DNA from: an uncultured archaeon
Lineage (GTDB): Archaea > Asgardarchaeota > Thorarchaeia > Thorarchaeales > Thorarchaeaceae
Assembly: GCA_964558645.1 (NCBI GenBank)
Contig: CAZLEV010000002.1
Span: forward strand, 1 to 64,000
DNA length: 64,000 nucleotides
Reading direction: 5' to 3'
This document shows, in pieces, positions 20,934 to 29,292 of this stretch. A program made the position numbers and the translations under genes. Position 1 is the stretch's first letter. Every line of letters starts with the position of its first letter. A model generated the notes under the pieces. It was not told where the DNA came from, ran no database searches, and saw only the letters and a program-made list of their open reading frames with translations.

Positions 20934-22202
20934 TTAGTCAGCCCTGAGGGCCTCGACGGGCATCAGCTTGGAGGCACGCCAGGCGGGGTAGATAGCAAAT
21001 ACCACACTTACGAGGATTCCAAACATCAGTGCCTGAAGAGCTAGTATCGGCGTAACAACTGGAGTGATAGATACTCCACTGGCTTCAGCTGGACGACCAA
21101 TAGGACCTCCAGACCCATTCAAGATGCGCCCGAAGATATTGGCAAGAAACCCCCCTGCGCCAATTCCAAGGATGCCTCCAATCAGTCCGATGATCAGGGC
21201 CTCACCAAGAAAGATTGCGAGGATGTGCCTTCCCTTTGCGCCGAGTGCCTTGAGAATCCCAATCTCTCGGGTACGTTCCATGAGAGATACAATCATGATA
21301 TTCATGATTCCAACTCCTGCAACGAGGAGAGATATTCCACCGATGCCAGCCAGTAGTAGTTCAACCGTGGCAAGGGCAGAGGATATTGTGCCGAGAAGCG
21401 CGGTTGCAGAGCTGACAGTCACTTCATTGAAGAATCTCTCTTCAATTTCATCAGAAACCTCAGCAATGAAGTCGGCATCGTCGCTGTCGAGCTTGACAAC
21501 AATTTGGTTCACCTCTTTTGTGTCGTAGTAGTCGATCGCAGATTCTATGGGAATGTACATGCCAAAGTCTGAAACTCCAAAGCCGAAGGTACCAATCTCC
21601 TCCAAGATCCCGACAACAGTCAATGACTTATTGACTGGTGTCAATGTCGTACCGTTTCTGACTGTATAGTATACATTGAAGGTACTACCAAGCTCAACGA
21701 GATGTGTTCCATTCGCCCAGGGGTCATGTATCCTATGACCAACAATTACCTCATCATCGGCAGGACTACTCGGAATACTGCCAGAGGCTGCGACAAAGGT
21801 CGAGTAGATCGTAGAATAGGCTTCAAAGTCCACGCCCGTTAAACTGAGCATCGAGTCACGCCTCTCGAATTCAGCTGTCACAGTCTTCGAAACAGAACCG
21901 GAGGATGTCACAACCCCTTCGACGGCGTTTATGATATTGGTATCATTAGCGTACAGGATGAAGTCGCTATCGCCACCTCCAAATCCCATGAAACCACCAG
22001 AACCTGGCGATACCGTCACAACGTCGGTGGACAGCCCTTCTTGGAACTGGCCAGAGATTGCAACCTGGAACCCCTGAGTGAATGACAGGAGTGCGACGAT
22101 TGCTGCTATGCCAATGACAATACCAAGGGTGGTAAGTGCGGCTCTCAGTTTCCGGAGGCGAATTGCGCCAAACGAATAGGAGAGAGTATCGCGAACCTTC
22201 AA
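20934..22202 (-). CDS. ABC transporter permease, MacB/FtsX family
   Basis: LTTLGIVIGIAA, GIMNIM..S..ERTREIGILKALGA, PAWRASKL.PVEALR. Confidence 0.95.
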   Translation of the reverse strand: MKVRDTLSYSFGAIRLRKLRAALTTLGIVIGIAAIVALLSFTQGFQVAISGQFQEGLSTDVVTVSPGSGGFMGFGGGDSDFILYANDTNIINAVEGVVTSSGSVSKTVTAEFERRDSMLSLTGVDFEAYSTIYSTFVAASGSIPSSPADDEVIVGHRIHDPWANGTHLVELGSTFNVYYTVRNGTTLTPVNKSLTVVGILEEIGTFGFGVSDFGMYIPIESAIDYYDTKEVNQIVVKLDSDDADFIAEVSDEIEERFFNEVTVSSATALLGTISSALATVELLLAGIGGISLLVAGVGIMNIMIVSLMERTREIGILKALGAKGRHILAIFLGEALIIGLIGGILGIGAGGFLANIFGRILNGSGGPIGRPAEASGVSITPVVTPILALQALMFGILVSVVFAIYPAWRASKLMPVEALRAD

Positions 22203-22888
22203 TTTGATGTCACCTCATCTGAGAAAACAAGTCCATCACGAAGTCGTAGGGTTCGATCTGTGCGTGTTGCAACTTCTTCGTCATGGGTCACCACTATAAC
22301 GGTCATATCAAGGCGTTCATTCAAACGCACAACCAGTTCCATAATCTCTGCTGCAGTCTTTGAGTCAAGATTTCCGGTCGGCTCGTCCATGAGTAGAAAG
22401 GTCGGCTCATTCACCAGTGCACGGGCAATCGCGACGCGTTGGCGTTCTCCGCCACTCAGCTCTGATGGTTTGTGGTTCATCCTGTCCGCGAGACCTACTT
22501 GGGTGAGTGCCTCGGCGACTCGCCTCCTGCGCTCATCTCGGTCCATCCCTGCAATGGTCAGGGGCAATTCCACGTTTCCACTTGCATCAAGCCTTGAGAT
22601 GAGGTTGAAGAACTGGAACACGAAACCAACCTTCCTTCGCATGTCGGCCAACTCGTTATCGCTCAATCCCGAGATGTCTGTCCCCTCAATGATGAGAGTT
22701 CCGTCAGTTGGTCGGTCCAGTGCCCCAAGTAGATTCAGCAATGTTGACTTGCCACTGCCTGACGGACCGAGGATTGAGAGCAGTTCACCCCTGTTAACTG
22801 AGAGAGAAACGCCTCTCAACGCTTCCACGGGTACAGAACCCAACATGTATGTCTTCATAACATTTTGAACATCTAGTACTTGTGCCAG
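22199..22888 (-). CDS. ABC transporter ATP-binding subunit, LolD/MacB type
   Basis: GPSGSGKST, LSGGERQRVAIARAL, DEPTGNLD; start uncertain (CTG 22888 after GGAGG, or ATG 22858). Confidence 0.95.
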   Translation of the reverse strand: MAQVLDVQNVMKTYMLGSVPVEALRGVSLSVNRGELLSILGPSGSGKSTLLNLLGALDRPTDGTLIIEGTDISGLSDNELADMRRKVGFVFQFFNLISRLDASGNVELPLTIAGMDRDERRRRVAEALTQVGLADRMNHKPSELSGGERQRVAIARALVNEPTFLLMDEPTGNLDSKTAAEIMELVVRLNERLDMTVIVVTHDEEVATRTDRTLRLRDGLVFSDEVTSN

Positions 22889-22971
22889 TTTTGTCCCTCC
22901 TGTACAGAGGTCTAAGCATATCCCTTCATGAACCAGTGATGAGATGGGTCCTGCCTCTGTTCTATCAGGGT

Positions 22972-23001
22972 CGATATCATTAGTGATATCGTATACGATA
23001 T
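22972..23001. promoter_or_regulatory. Candidate PadR operator upstream of the ABC operon
   Basis: CGATATCA-TTAG-TGATATCG inverted repeat overlapping the perfect palindrome ATATCGTATACGATAT. Confidence 0.75.
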
Positions 23002-23120
23002 TGCGCGGGGTTTTCGCATATAAACATTCTGTAACTACGACAGAGAACAGTGCGTGGCAGATGAGGAGATTCTGTCGTAAGGTGCAATTCAGCCTTGAGT
23101 CGTCGTAACCCAAAGAGGTC

Positions 23121-23861
23121 TTACTCGTTGATCTCGTACGATTCTGCAATCTGTTCGAGTTTCTTTGCAGCCGACTTCAGAATCTTCGTGACCTCCGAGG
23201 CCACCTGACAATCCATATCATCCAAGAGTTCCGAACAAATCGCAAATGTGGCCTCAAAGAGACGGCGAGAAGACTCGCGCATGGCCTGCAATTCGGGAGG
23301 GGCATCCAGAAAGGGAATAAATGGAAGTGGTGCCGATTCAAGTTTCTCCCGTACTGCACCAGCAATCTCATTGTCCTCTGCCATAAAGATTTGCCCCAAC
23401 TCTGTCATCCGATACCGCTTGATTCCTCCCTCCAAGGGTAGTTCCTCAATGATTCCCTCCTCAGTCAGGCTATTGAGCAGACCCTTTTCCCCATACAACG
23501 AGCCGGGACTCGGTTTCCAGCGTCCACCCGTTTCCTTCTCTATTCTGCTGGATATCTCAGAGCCAGACATGGGTTGCTTCTCCAGCAGACGCAGAACGCG
23601 GTATCGGAGGAACCCTCTGGGTACACGCGATGTATGACGCGCCCATTTCTTGAAAGGAGGGGCTGACAGCATTATACCCCTCTCCTCCAACTCCTTGGCG
23701 CGATCCTCGTCCAGATAGTATCTTCCGTCAACCTCAACAAAGGGAAGATGCTGCCCCCCCATAGACCGAACAACGTGTTTGAAGAATAGAGGGAGATCTA
23801 GCTCCTTCAGCGAAAGTGCCTTCTTCGCACTGGTTGCTCCCTTTTTCCTGAAATTCCTCAT
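23121..23861 (-). CDS. PadR-family transcriptional regulator with extra N-terminal domain
   Basis: RGFLRYRVLRLL..PMSG.EI, WKPSPGSLY, YRMTELG. Confidence 0.9.
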   Translation of the reverse strand: MRNFRKKGATSAKKALSLKELDLPLFFKHVVRSMGGQHLPFVEVDGRYYLDEDRAKELEERGIMLSAPPFKKWARHTSRVPRGFLRYRVLRLLEKQPMSGSEISSRIEKETGGRWKPSPGSLYGEKGLLNSLTEEGIIEELPLEGGIKRYRMTELGQIFMAEDNEIAGAVREKLESAPLPFIPFLDAPPELQAMRESSRRLFEATFAICSELLDDMDCQVASEVTKILKSAAKKLEQIAESYEINE

Positions 23862-23965
23862 TGTGTCGCGAAGTCTTTTCTCTAGGTCCAGTTTCGAATG
23901 CCACCTGCTTTGTTCTCTGTGAGATAGCGAAGGGCGAGAATCAACTCAGTGCATCTCTCACAGGC

Positions 23966-23987
23966 ATAATATCATTAGTGATATTAT
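23966..23987. promoter_or_regulatory. Candidate PadR operator upstream of padR
   Basis: ATAATATCA-TTAG-TGATATTAT; 16-bp core identical to 22974-22989. Confidence 0.75.
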
Positions 23988-24073
23988 CTCTGTATAAGTC
24001 TAGCGGACAGACAAGAAAGAAACCAGAAGGCATTTGCCCAATCGGTACAAATAGTTGCACGGCATCGGAGGTA

Positions 24074-24523
24074 CTGAGTGTACGGTATGAAGGCACTGAA
24101 ACCGTTAACCTTCCTGAATCCGTCGGGAGGGATACGGTTCATGACAGAATCGACGCGTGGTTGGGAGAGGAACCTGGCAGCTATTGTAGGATTCGTCGAG
24201 AGAGTCCTGATGAGATAGTATTGAAGAGAAAATGGAACGAAAACACGTGCAGGCTGATAGTCGGCTTAGTCGTCCTAGGGAGCGTCTTTAGAATCGTTTC
24301 CGGCTCGACCGTACCATCAATACATCTTCTAGTTTTCATGCTTACTTCTGTTGTTCTTGGTTCCATCGTATTGATTGCCTACTTGTTCTTCCTGTTTCCA
24401 TCGCGCACAGTGATCAAGGTGAGCATTGAGGAATCACAGATTGGTCTGAACCTCGAATCAAGTCAAAAGGAGGAATCGGAACAGGACTTCGATTCACTGA
24501 TACGTGCCATTCAGGAGGGCTGA
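24074..24523 (+). CDS. Hypothetical protein with two transmembrane helices
   Basis: 3' part of ORF 23861..24523; its 5' part covers the operator, so the start is probably later. Confidence 0.55.
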   Translation: MSVRYEGTETVNLPESVGRDTVHDRIDAWLGEEPGSYCRIRRESPDEIVLKRKWNENTCRLIVGLVVLGSVFRIVSGSTVPSIHLLVFMLTSVVLGSIVLIAYLFFLFPSRTVIKVSIEESQIGLNLESSQKEESEQDFDSLIRAIQEG

Positions 24524-24563
24524 TGCAGAAGAACCAAGGAGAGATGTAAGGAGGATATCGCCC

Positions 24564-24870
24564 ATGTTTGACGACACGACAGACATGTTAGAACATCCTT
24601 CATACACTACGGCCTTTCCAGAGACAATCCTGAGGTACTTCATGCATGCTATTGCTCCCTCTTCTTGTTACAGGCTACATGGTCTTCTGGAGCGTTGGGG
24701 CTTTGCTCCTCAGTATGTCTCCCATCGTTTACTCCATCTCCCTGGGCTTCGAGGTAGTGATGCTGCCAATGACCGGTGGATATCTGGGAAGGATAGCTGC
24801 ATCCCTCCTCTACGAGGCTGCTGATGGTAATGCCGTGGGTGCAGGCGTGCCCAGCTCAGTGACCCACTGA
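24564..24870 (+). pseudogene. Probable frameshifted membrane-protein remnant
   Basis: AGGAGG plus ATG 24564 frame (MFDDTTD...RYFMH); hydrophobic continuation lies in another frame from about 24646. Confidence 0.35.
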
Positions 24871-24982
24871 TTGCACAGCTCAGAGTCCGATCCGGTTTCA
24901 GAAAAGGGTAATCCCCTTCTGCCCGATAGAGATAAGCTAATAAGTTGAGGAGGAGCCAAAGACGCCTGCCACAGACAGCCAT

Positions 24983-25057
24983 GGCCTGGGTGGTGTAACG
25001 GCAGCATAGGGGATTGTGGCTCCCCTGACGCGGGTTCAACTCCCGCCCTAGGCCCCA
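24983..25057 (+). tRNA. tRNA-His(GTG), G-1 and CCA encoded
   Basis: G-GCCTGGG...GGGGA-TTGTGGC-TCCCC...GGTTCAACTCC..CCTAGGC-C-CCA. Confidence 0.96.
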
Positions 25058-25185
25058 TCTCCTCTTTCTTTTCAATCCGATGGTTCAGTCCTATCATGAC
25101 GCAATTCGCCTCCCTTTTCAAGTCTCATGTCTTGCTATCGATATTGAGCGCATGAACTCCTTCTTGTTCGGTTCTGCTTCCTTCT

Positions 25186-27387
25186 TCATCGATTCCCGCC
25201 TCGGGCCGCTGATTGTATTGTAGACTGAATCGTCCGCCCAGCAACGGCACTGGGTTCTTCTCTATGCCCGTTGAGGATGTTCCTCGCTGCGTTCACATCG
25301 GCATGAATGCGCTCACTGCAATGAGGACAGTAAAAGAACTCGCCACCACGGCATTCTATACTAGAGTCTGGTGTCTCCACCCTGATCCCCTTCTCGCTGC
25401 ACACATGGCATTTCCGAGATGTCCATGCAGGACTCACGGTCCATATCCCGCCGCGACGATGGCCTAAGGTCTGCCTCATATACCGGATGGTGTCAAGCAC
25501 CTTGCACCATAGATTGCTTGAGAGTCGCCACGAATGCGTGCCGTAGCCCCCAGGAGGCTTGTAGTTCTTCAGGTTCTCGAGATACAGGGTCTTGACACTG
25601 TGATTCTCGCAGAACCAGACGGCCTTAGATGCAACCTGACGAGCAATCTCTCGGTCCAGGCGCCGGACTTTTCTCCATATCGCTGAGAGATGACGCTTCT
25701 TCTTTCTCAGATGGCCGGGTTTGGGGTAGTCTTCTCCATGCTTCTTCTCCCAGTTGTTCCGCATCAGGGCTATCTTAGACGATAGGTGGCTGGTCTGATG
25801 CCTGAGATGGTCTCTCTTTCTGACAAGCTTGTCCAGAGAAATCAGCTCGTCCGCATACTCATCATCACCATTTCTCACCGAGAGTACGATGGGTACTCTG
25901 ATGCCCCGGTCTGCACCGGCACTCCTGTTGTACTGTCGCTCGCCAAGAACGTCGTCAATCATCTCAGCAGTTGGCGGCGCAAAGGGGACCTGGAGCATGA
26001 CCCGATGATTACGGAGAAGCAAAAGTGGTGGACCACAGGTTCGAGACTCTCTCAGACGTTGCACTCTCTCTTTCAGTTCTGCAACCTTCTCAGGGTCCGC
26101 ACCCTTGCGGTTCTTCCACTTCACCAACTGGTAGGTGGCATGCTGGAGCTCGATGGTATTGACAAGCTGCGCGTGTTGGTCCTCGAACCTCATGGCTCGA
26201 AATCGGAGTTTCTTGGCTCGGATATGTTTACCAGCTTGCTCTGCCTCGTCAGCCTTCCTTCGGTCTTCGGCGGCAGCCTGTGGGAGCCAGTCAAGGAATC
26301 TGAACGAGAGAGTCCTTGTTCGGAAGGGGGAGTCTTTGTGCCTCTCACCCTCCATCGGCTCAGGGATTTTCACGAAGAACAACACTTCATCCTCCCGGTC
26401 CAGGTCCTGTGAGTACCAGTAGCCCTGACCAGGAACATTCTCGCTGCTGGCTGAGAAGTCCTCGCTGTAGGAGAACATAGTGGGCGCGGGGAAGGGATAG
26501 CCCTGTGTGGCGAACTCATGCATGAGGTTATCCACGGATGCCATGACTTCAGAGGTCTCCGCATCATCCTTCAGGTAGTGTCGTACTCGGCGTCGTTGTG
26601 TCGGTCTGTATCCGAGCCCCTCACCACGCTCCTTGAGGATGTGCTCATCGAAGGTTTTGCGTAACTGCTTCAGAACCGAGAGAGAAAAATAGTAACCACT
26701 GCTACCGTTATCTCTACTCTTGCGCTGTTCACGCAGATCCTTAATCAGTTGAGAAGGAACATACTTGTTCTTCAGGAGCCTCAGAAGCGAGTCGCTGTCC
26801 TCACGGAGAAGAGCAATAGCACTCTCCATGAGACTCCTTCGCAACCAGTTCGACTGGATGATCCGAGCCGCATTCTCAAGGACGTTACGATAAAGTCGCT
26901 CGAAACACTGCTCGGCAATCTCAGGATTGTCTTTGTAGGCGAGGTACTCCTCCTTCTGGAGGAGATTGTATCCCTGACCACGATAGGAGTTCAGCTCCTC
27001 TCCAAGGAAGTCCAATCGCTCCCTGTGTGCGTAGACACGTTCCAGGACGAGATTCACCAGCTCCACATACTTCTCGAAGTATCGACCCAGAAGAGAGAGG
27101 TCCACATCTCTGACCTTACGCCCGGTGACCGCCTCGATTTCCGCTTGTACCGGTTCAGGATTGGAGCGCCGATATCGTGGGTCCGGTCGCTTCCCCTTCC
27201 CCTTCTTGTTCACCTCTCTATCCACCGAACAGAGGGTGAAAGACTGTACCAGGTACTTCAGTCCCGTATTCTGGTGCGCGGTTGAACGAGTAGTAATAAG
27301 TCTGCCATCCATTGTCGATTGCCTCTGGGAATCATCATCTGACTCCTGTTGCCTCCGGGGACGGCGCCGGTCGGTCTTGGTCATCAA
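25186..27387 (-). CDS. Large TnpB/Cas12-like RuvC nuclease (about 730 aa)
   Basis: RuvC-I AGADRG, RuvC-II LYLENL, WTSRKCHVC..CPHC Zn finger, RuvC-III HADVNAARNI; GAGGTG RBS before the start. Confidence 0.88.
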   Translation of the reverse strand: MMTKTDRRRPRRQQESDDDSQRQSTMDGRLITTRSTAHQNTGLKYLVQSFTLCSVDREVNKKGKGKRPDPRYRRSNPEPVQAEIEAVTGRKVRDVDLSLLGRYFEKYVELVNLVLERVYAHRERLDFLGEELNSYRGQGYNLLQKEEYLAYKDNPEIAEQCFERLYRNVLENAARIIQSNWLRRSLMESAIALLREDSDSLLRLLKNKYVPSQLIKDLREQRKSRDNGSSGYYFSLSVLKQLRKTFDEHILKERGEGLGYRPTQRRRVRHYLKDDAETSEVMASVDNLMHEFATQGYPFPAPTMFSYSEDFSASSENVPGQGYWYSQDLDREDEVLFFVKIPEPMEGERHKDSPFRTRTLSFRFLDWLPQAAAEDRRKADEAEQAGKHIRAKKLRFRAMRFEDQHAQLVNTIELQHATYQLVKWKNRKGADPEKVAELKERVQRLRESRTCGPPLLLLRNHRVMLQVPFAPPTAEMIDDVLGERQYNRSAGADRGIRVPIVLSVRNGDDEYADELISLDKLVRKRDHLRHQTSHLSSKIALMRNNWEKKHGEDYPKPGHLRKKKRHLSAIWRKVRRLDREIARQVASKAVWFCENHSVKTLYLENLKNYKPPGGYGTHSWRLSSNLWCKVLDTIRYMRQTLGHRRGGIWTVSPAWTSRKCHVCSEKGIRVETPDSSIECRGGEFFYCPHCSERIHADVNAARNILNGHREEPSAVAGRTIQSTIQSAARGGNR

Positions 27388-27571
27388 TCGTACACCTCTC
27401 TTCTGTCTGGGTCTGACAATATAACCTCATGATTAGTAATAAGTCTATCAAGACGGAACGCCAAAAAAGGCGCTATTATCCCTTTAAATCAATAATAAAG
27501 CACTCATAGACCTCCCAACATTCTCGATTTAGTTAAAGTCTACTTATAAGCAAAATCCATGAGCAGGATTT

Positions 27572-27672
27572 GGTAGTGGCATTGGACGCAGGCCGAGATT
27601 GCTTCGCCCGAATGCCGTGTTCGGATACCCCAACCTTGAAGGCACTTGATTTCAAAGAAACAAGTGTGTTTC
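27572..27672. ncRNA. Candidate structured non-coding element upstream of the nuclease (guide scaffold or transposon end)
   Basis: Two long hairpins (27578-27616 and 27638-27672); TTATAA at 27544. Confidence 0.4.
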
Positions 27673-27697
27673 GTCATCTAGAGAAGTCTATACTAGT

Positions 27698-28348
27698 ATG
27701 GCCCCATCGAAGCAGAGAAAGTACGTTGCTCTTGTGCTCATTGTAGCACTCATTGGTTCTATCGCGGCAGTCACGGTGCTCAACCGCCCACCACCAACGG
27801 AGATCGAGCTCGATATCACACTCGAGTTCAGGTCAAACTCAACATCGCATGCAGCTGTGTATCAGTATCACTGGGATGCACCCGGCCTTGACACCGATGT
27901 CTATCCATTCCATATCGATTGGAACCGCCAGTATGGAACGATGCATAGCAATGCGACAGGAGAGCTTGATGATCTATTGAGAGAGTAGGGTTACGTGGAG
28001 GGCTTCAACATAGAATGGACTGAGTTGGAACCCTACTCCAATGGAACATGGACGCTTCTACTCAACTTCTACGTCGGGTTGATCGATGAGGGTGAGCTCC
28101 TGTTGAAGGGAGACAATCAATCGATACATATTGAGAACCTTGAGATGACTGATGATAGTGATCCCGCCCTTCGGGACGGTCTGGCCTCTCTTGGCATCGA
28201 GGTACTGGAGGTCTATACGGACATCTCATTCAGCATATCCGCAGACATCCTCCGGAGCGCTTTTCAGGAGCAATCGATCATACCTCAGGTATCGGATGAC
28301 CTCGAGATGACTGTCAACGATATCAAATCTTGCACTATCGCGGCGTGA
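27698..28348 (+). CDS. Secreted or membrane-anchored protein interrupted by one in-frame TAG (27986-27988)
   Basis: ORFs 27698..27988 and 27995..28348 share a frame; N-terminal signal/anchor. Confidence 0.55.
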
Positions 28349-28394
28349 GTATTCGTGAGAACATAGACAGGGCAAGACCCCTCTCGCAGGCCTC

Positions 28395-29129
28395 CTAGCC
28401 CCCAGTCAGCAACCGTGCTATGAGTTCGAACAGAGCAATGTAGAAGTTACCAGTCGGTGGTCGGATGAACTCCATTGACTCATTGAAGTATGGACGGAGG
28501 ACCCAGGCCAACTGTGTGCCGACAAAGGCAAGCACAAGACTTCCTATCAGTAGGGCAGGCCACCACTTTTTGTTTTCGCCATGAATCCTGCTGAAGCCGC
28601 TCAGAAGATAGAGAATGGCTGTGAACCCTGAGAGGCCAAAGAAGAAGACGTTAAGGAGAATTGTGAAGGCATAGGTGGAAAAGGTCCGCTCTGGTGTCGT
28701 GATTGTGAAGAACAGTGTGACGGGCATGAATGCGATCAGGAGTGTGGTCATCACAGTGATGCTGATCATGAATAGGACTGCCATCTGACGAAGGCTCATC
28801 TGTCCACCAAGAATACCATTGAGGACATAGAACGTCGGGAGCGACACAAAGAGGGAGATGAGCAGGAGCATTGGTATCTTGATGGCGTCAAACAAGATCT
28901 GCAGACCTCCAGCATAGACACCCATCACAGCCCCATATAGAAAGGCGAAGATGATTGTTGAGAACAAGGAGGTCCAGAAGTACTCTGTTAGATTCTTCTC
29001 CTCCTTGATGTCTGAGAAGACTCCGTCCCTGTCAGTGATGAACCGATTGATGTTGTCAAAGAAATCTTGTCGGTTCAGACTGAGAATGCCAGAGGATCCG
29101 CTGCCGCTATCCAATCTACTTATCTCCAC
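28395..29129 (-). CDS. Yip1-like five-helix membrane protein
   Basis: Five hydrophobic segments; KIP.LL and VGTQLAWVLRPY motifs. Confidence 0.65.
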   Translation of the reverse strand: MEISRLDSGSGSSGILSLNRQDFFDNINRFITDRDGVFSDIKEEKNLTEYFWTSLFSTIIFAFLYGAVMGVYAGGLQILFDAIKIPMLLLISLFVSLPTFYVLNGILGGQMSLRQMAVLFMISITVMTTLLIAFMPVTLFFTITTPERTFSTYAFTILLNVFFFGLSGFTAILYLLSGFSRIHGENKKWWPALLIGSLVLAFVGTQLAWVLRPYFNESMEFIRPPTGNFYIALFELIARLLTGG

Positions 29130-29292
29130 AATACCTCAAATATGCATTGTATGGTTTCATAAAACAGTACAAGAAGTTTGTGATAAGAGGTGCTACGGTC
29201 AAACACATGTACCATTCCTCTTCCGCAGACACGGACTGGATGAGTTTTGATGTACACGGTAGCCATATACAGACATAAATGAAACTGAATGC

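Noticed and set aside
24710-25121. Minus-strand ORFs across tRNA-His
   Set aside because: Shadow ORFs antisense to the tRNA.
27662-27670. AAGTGTGTT in the structured element matching 19816 as a self-target
   Set aside because: A 9-nt match is expected by chance in 64 kb.
27630-27680. SECIS element
   Set aside because: An apical AAA is present, but there is no GA quartet partner and no gene with an in-frame TGA nearby.
25058-27697. CRISPR array beside the RuvC nuclease
   Set aside because: No repeated 25-40 nt unit with regular spacing on either flank; only an 8-nt TTGAAAAG duplication.
28394-28404. CCTAGCCCCCA as a degenerate att copy of the tRNA-His 3' end (CCTAGGCCCCA)
   Set aside because: Only 10/11 nt, lies in the last codons of a gene, and no integrase is present; compatible with chance.
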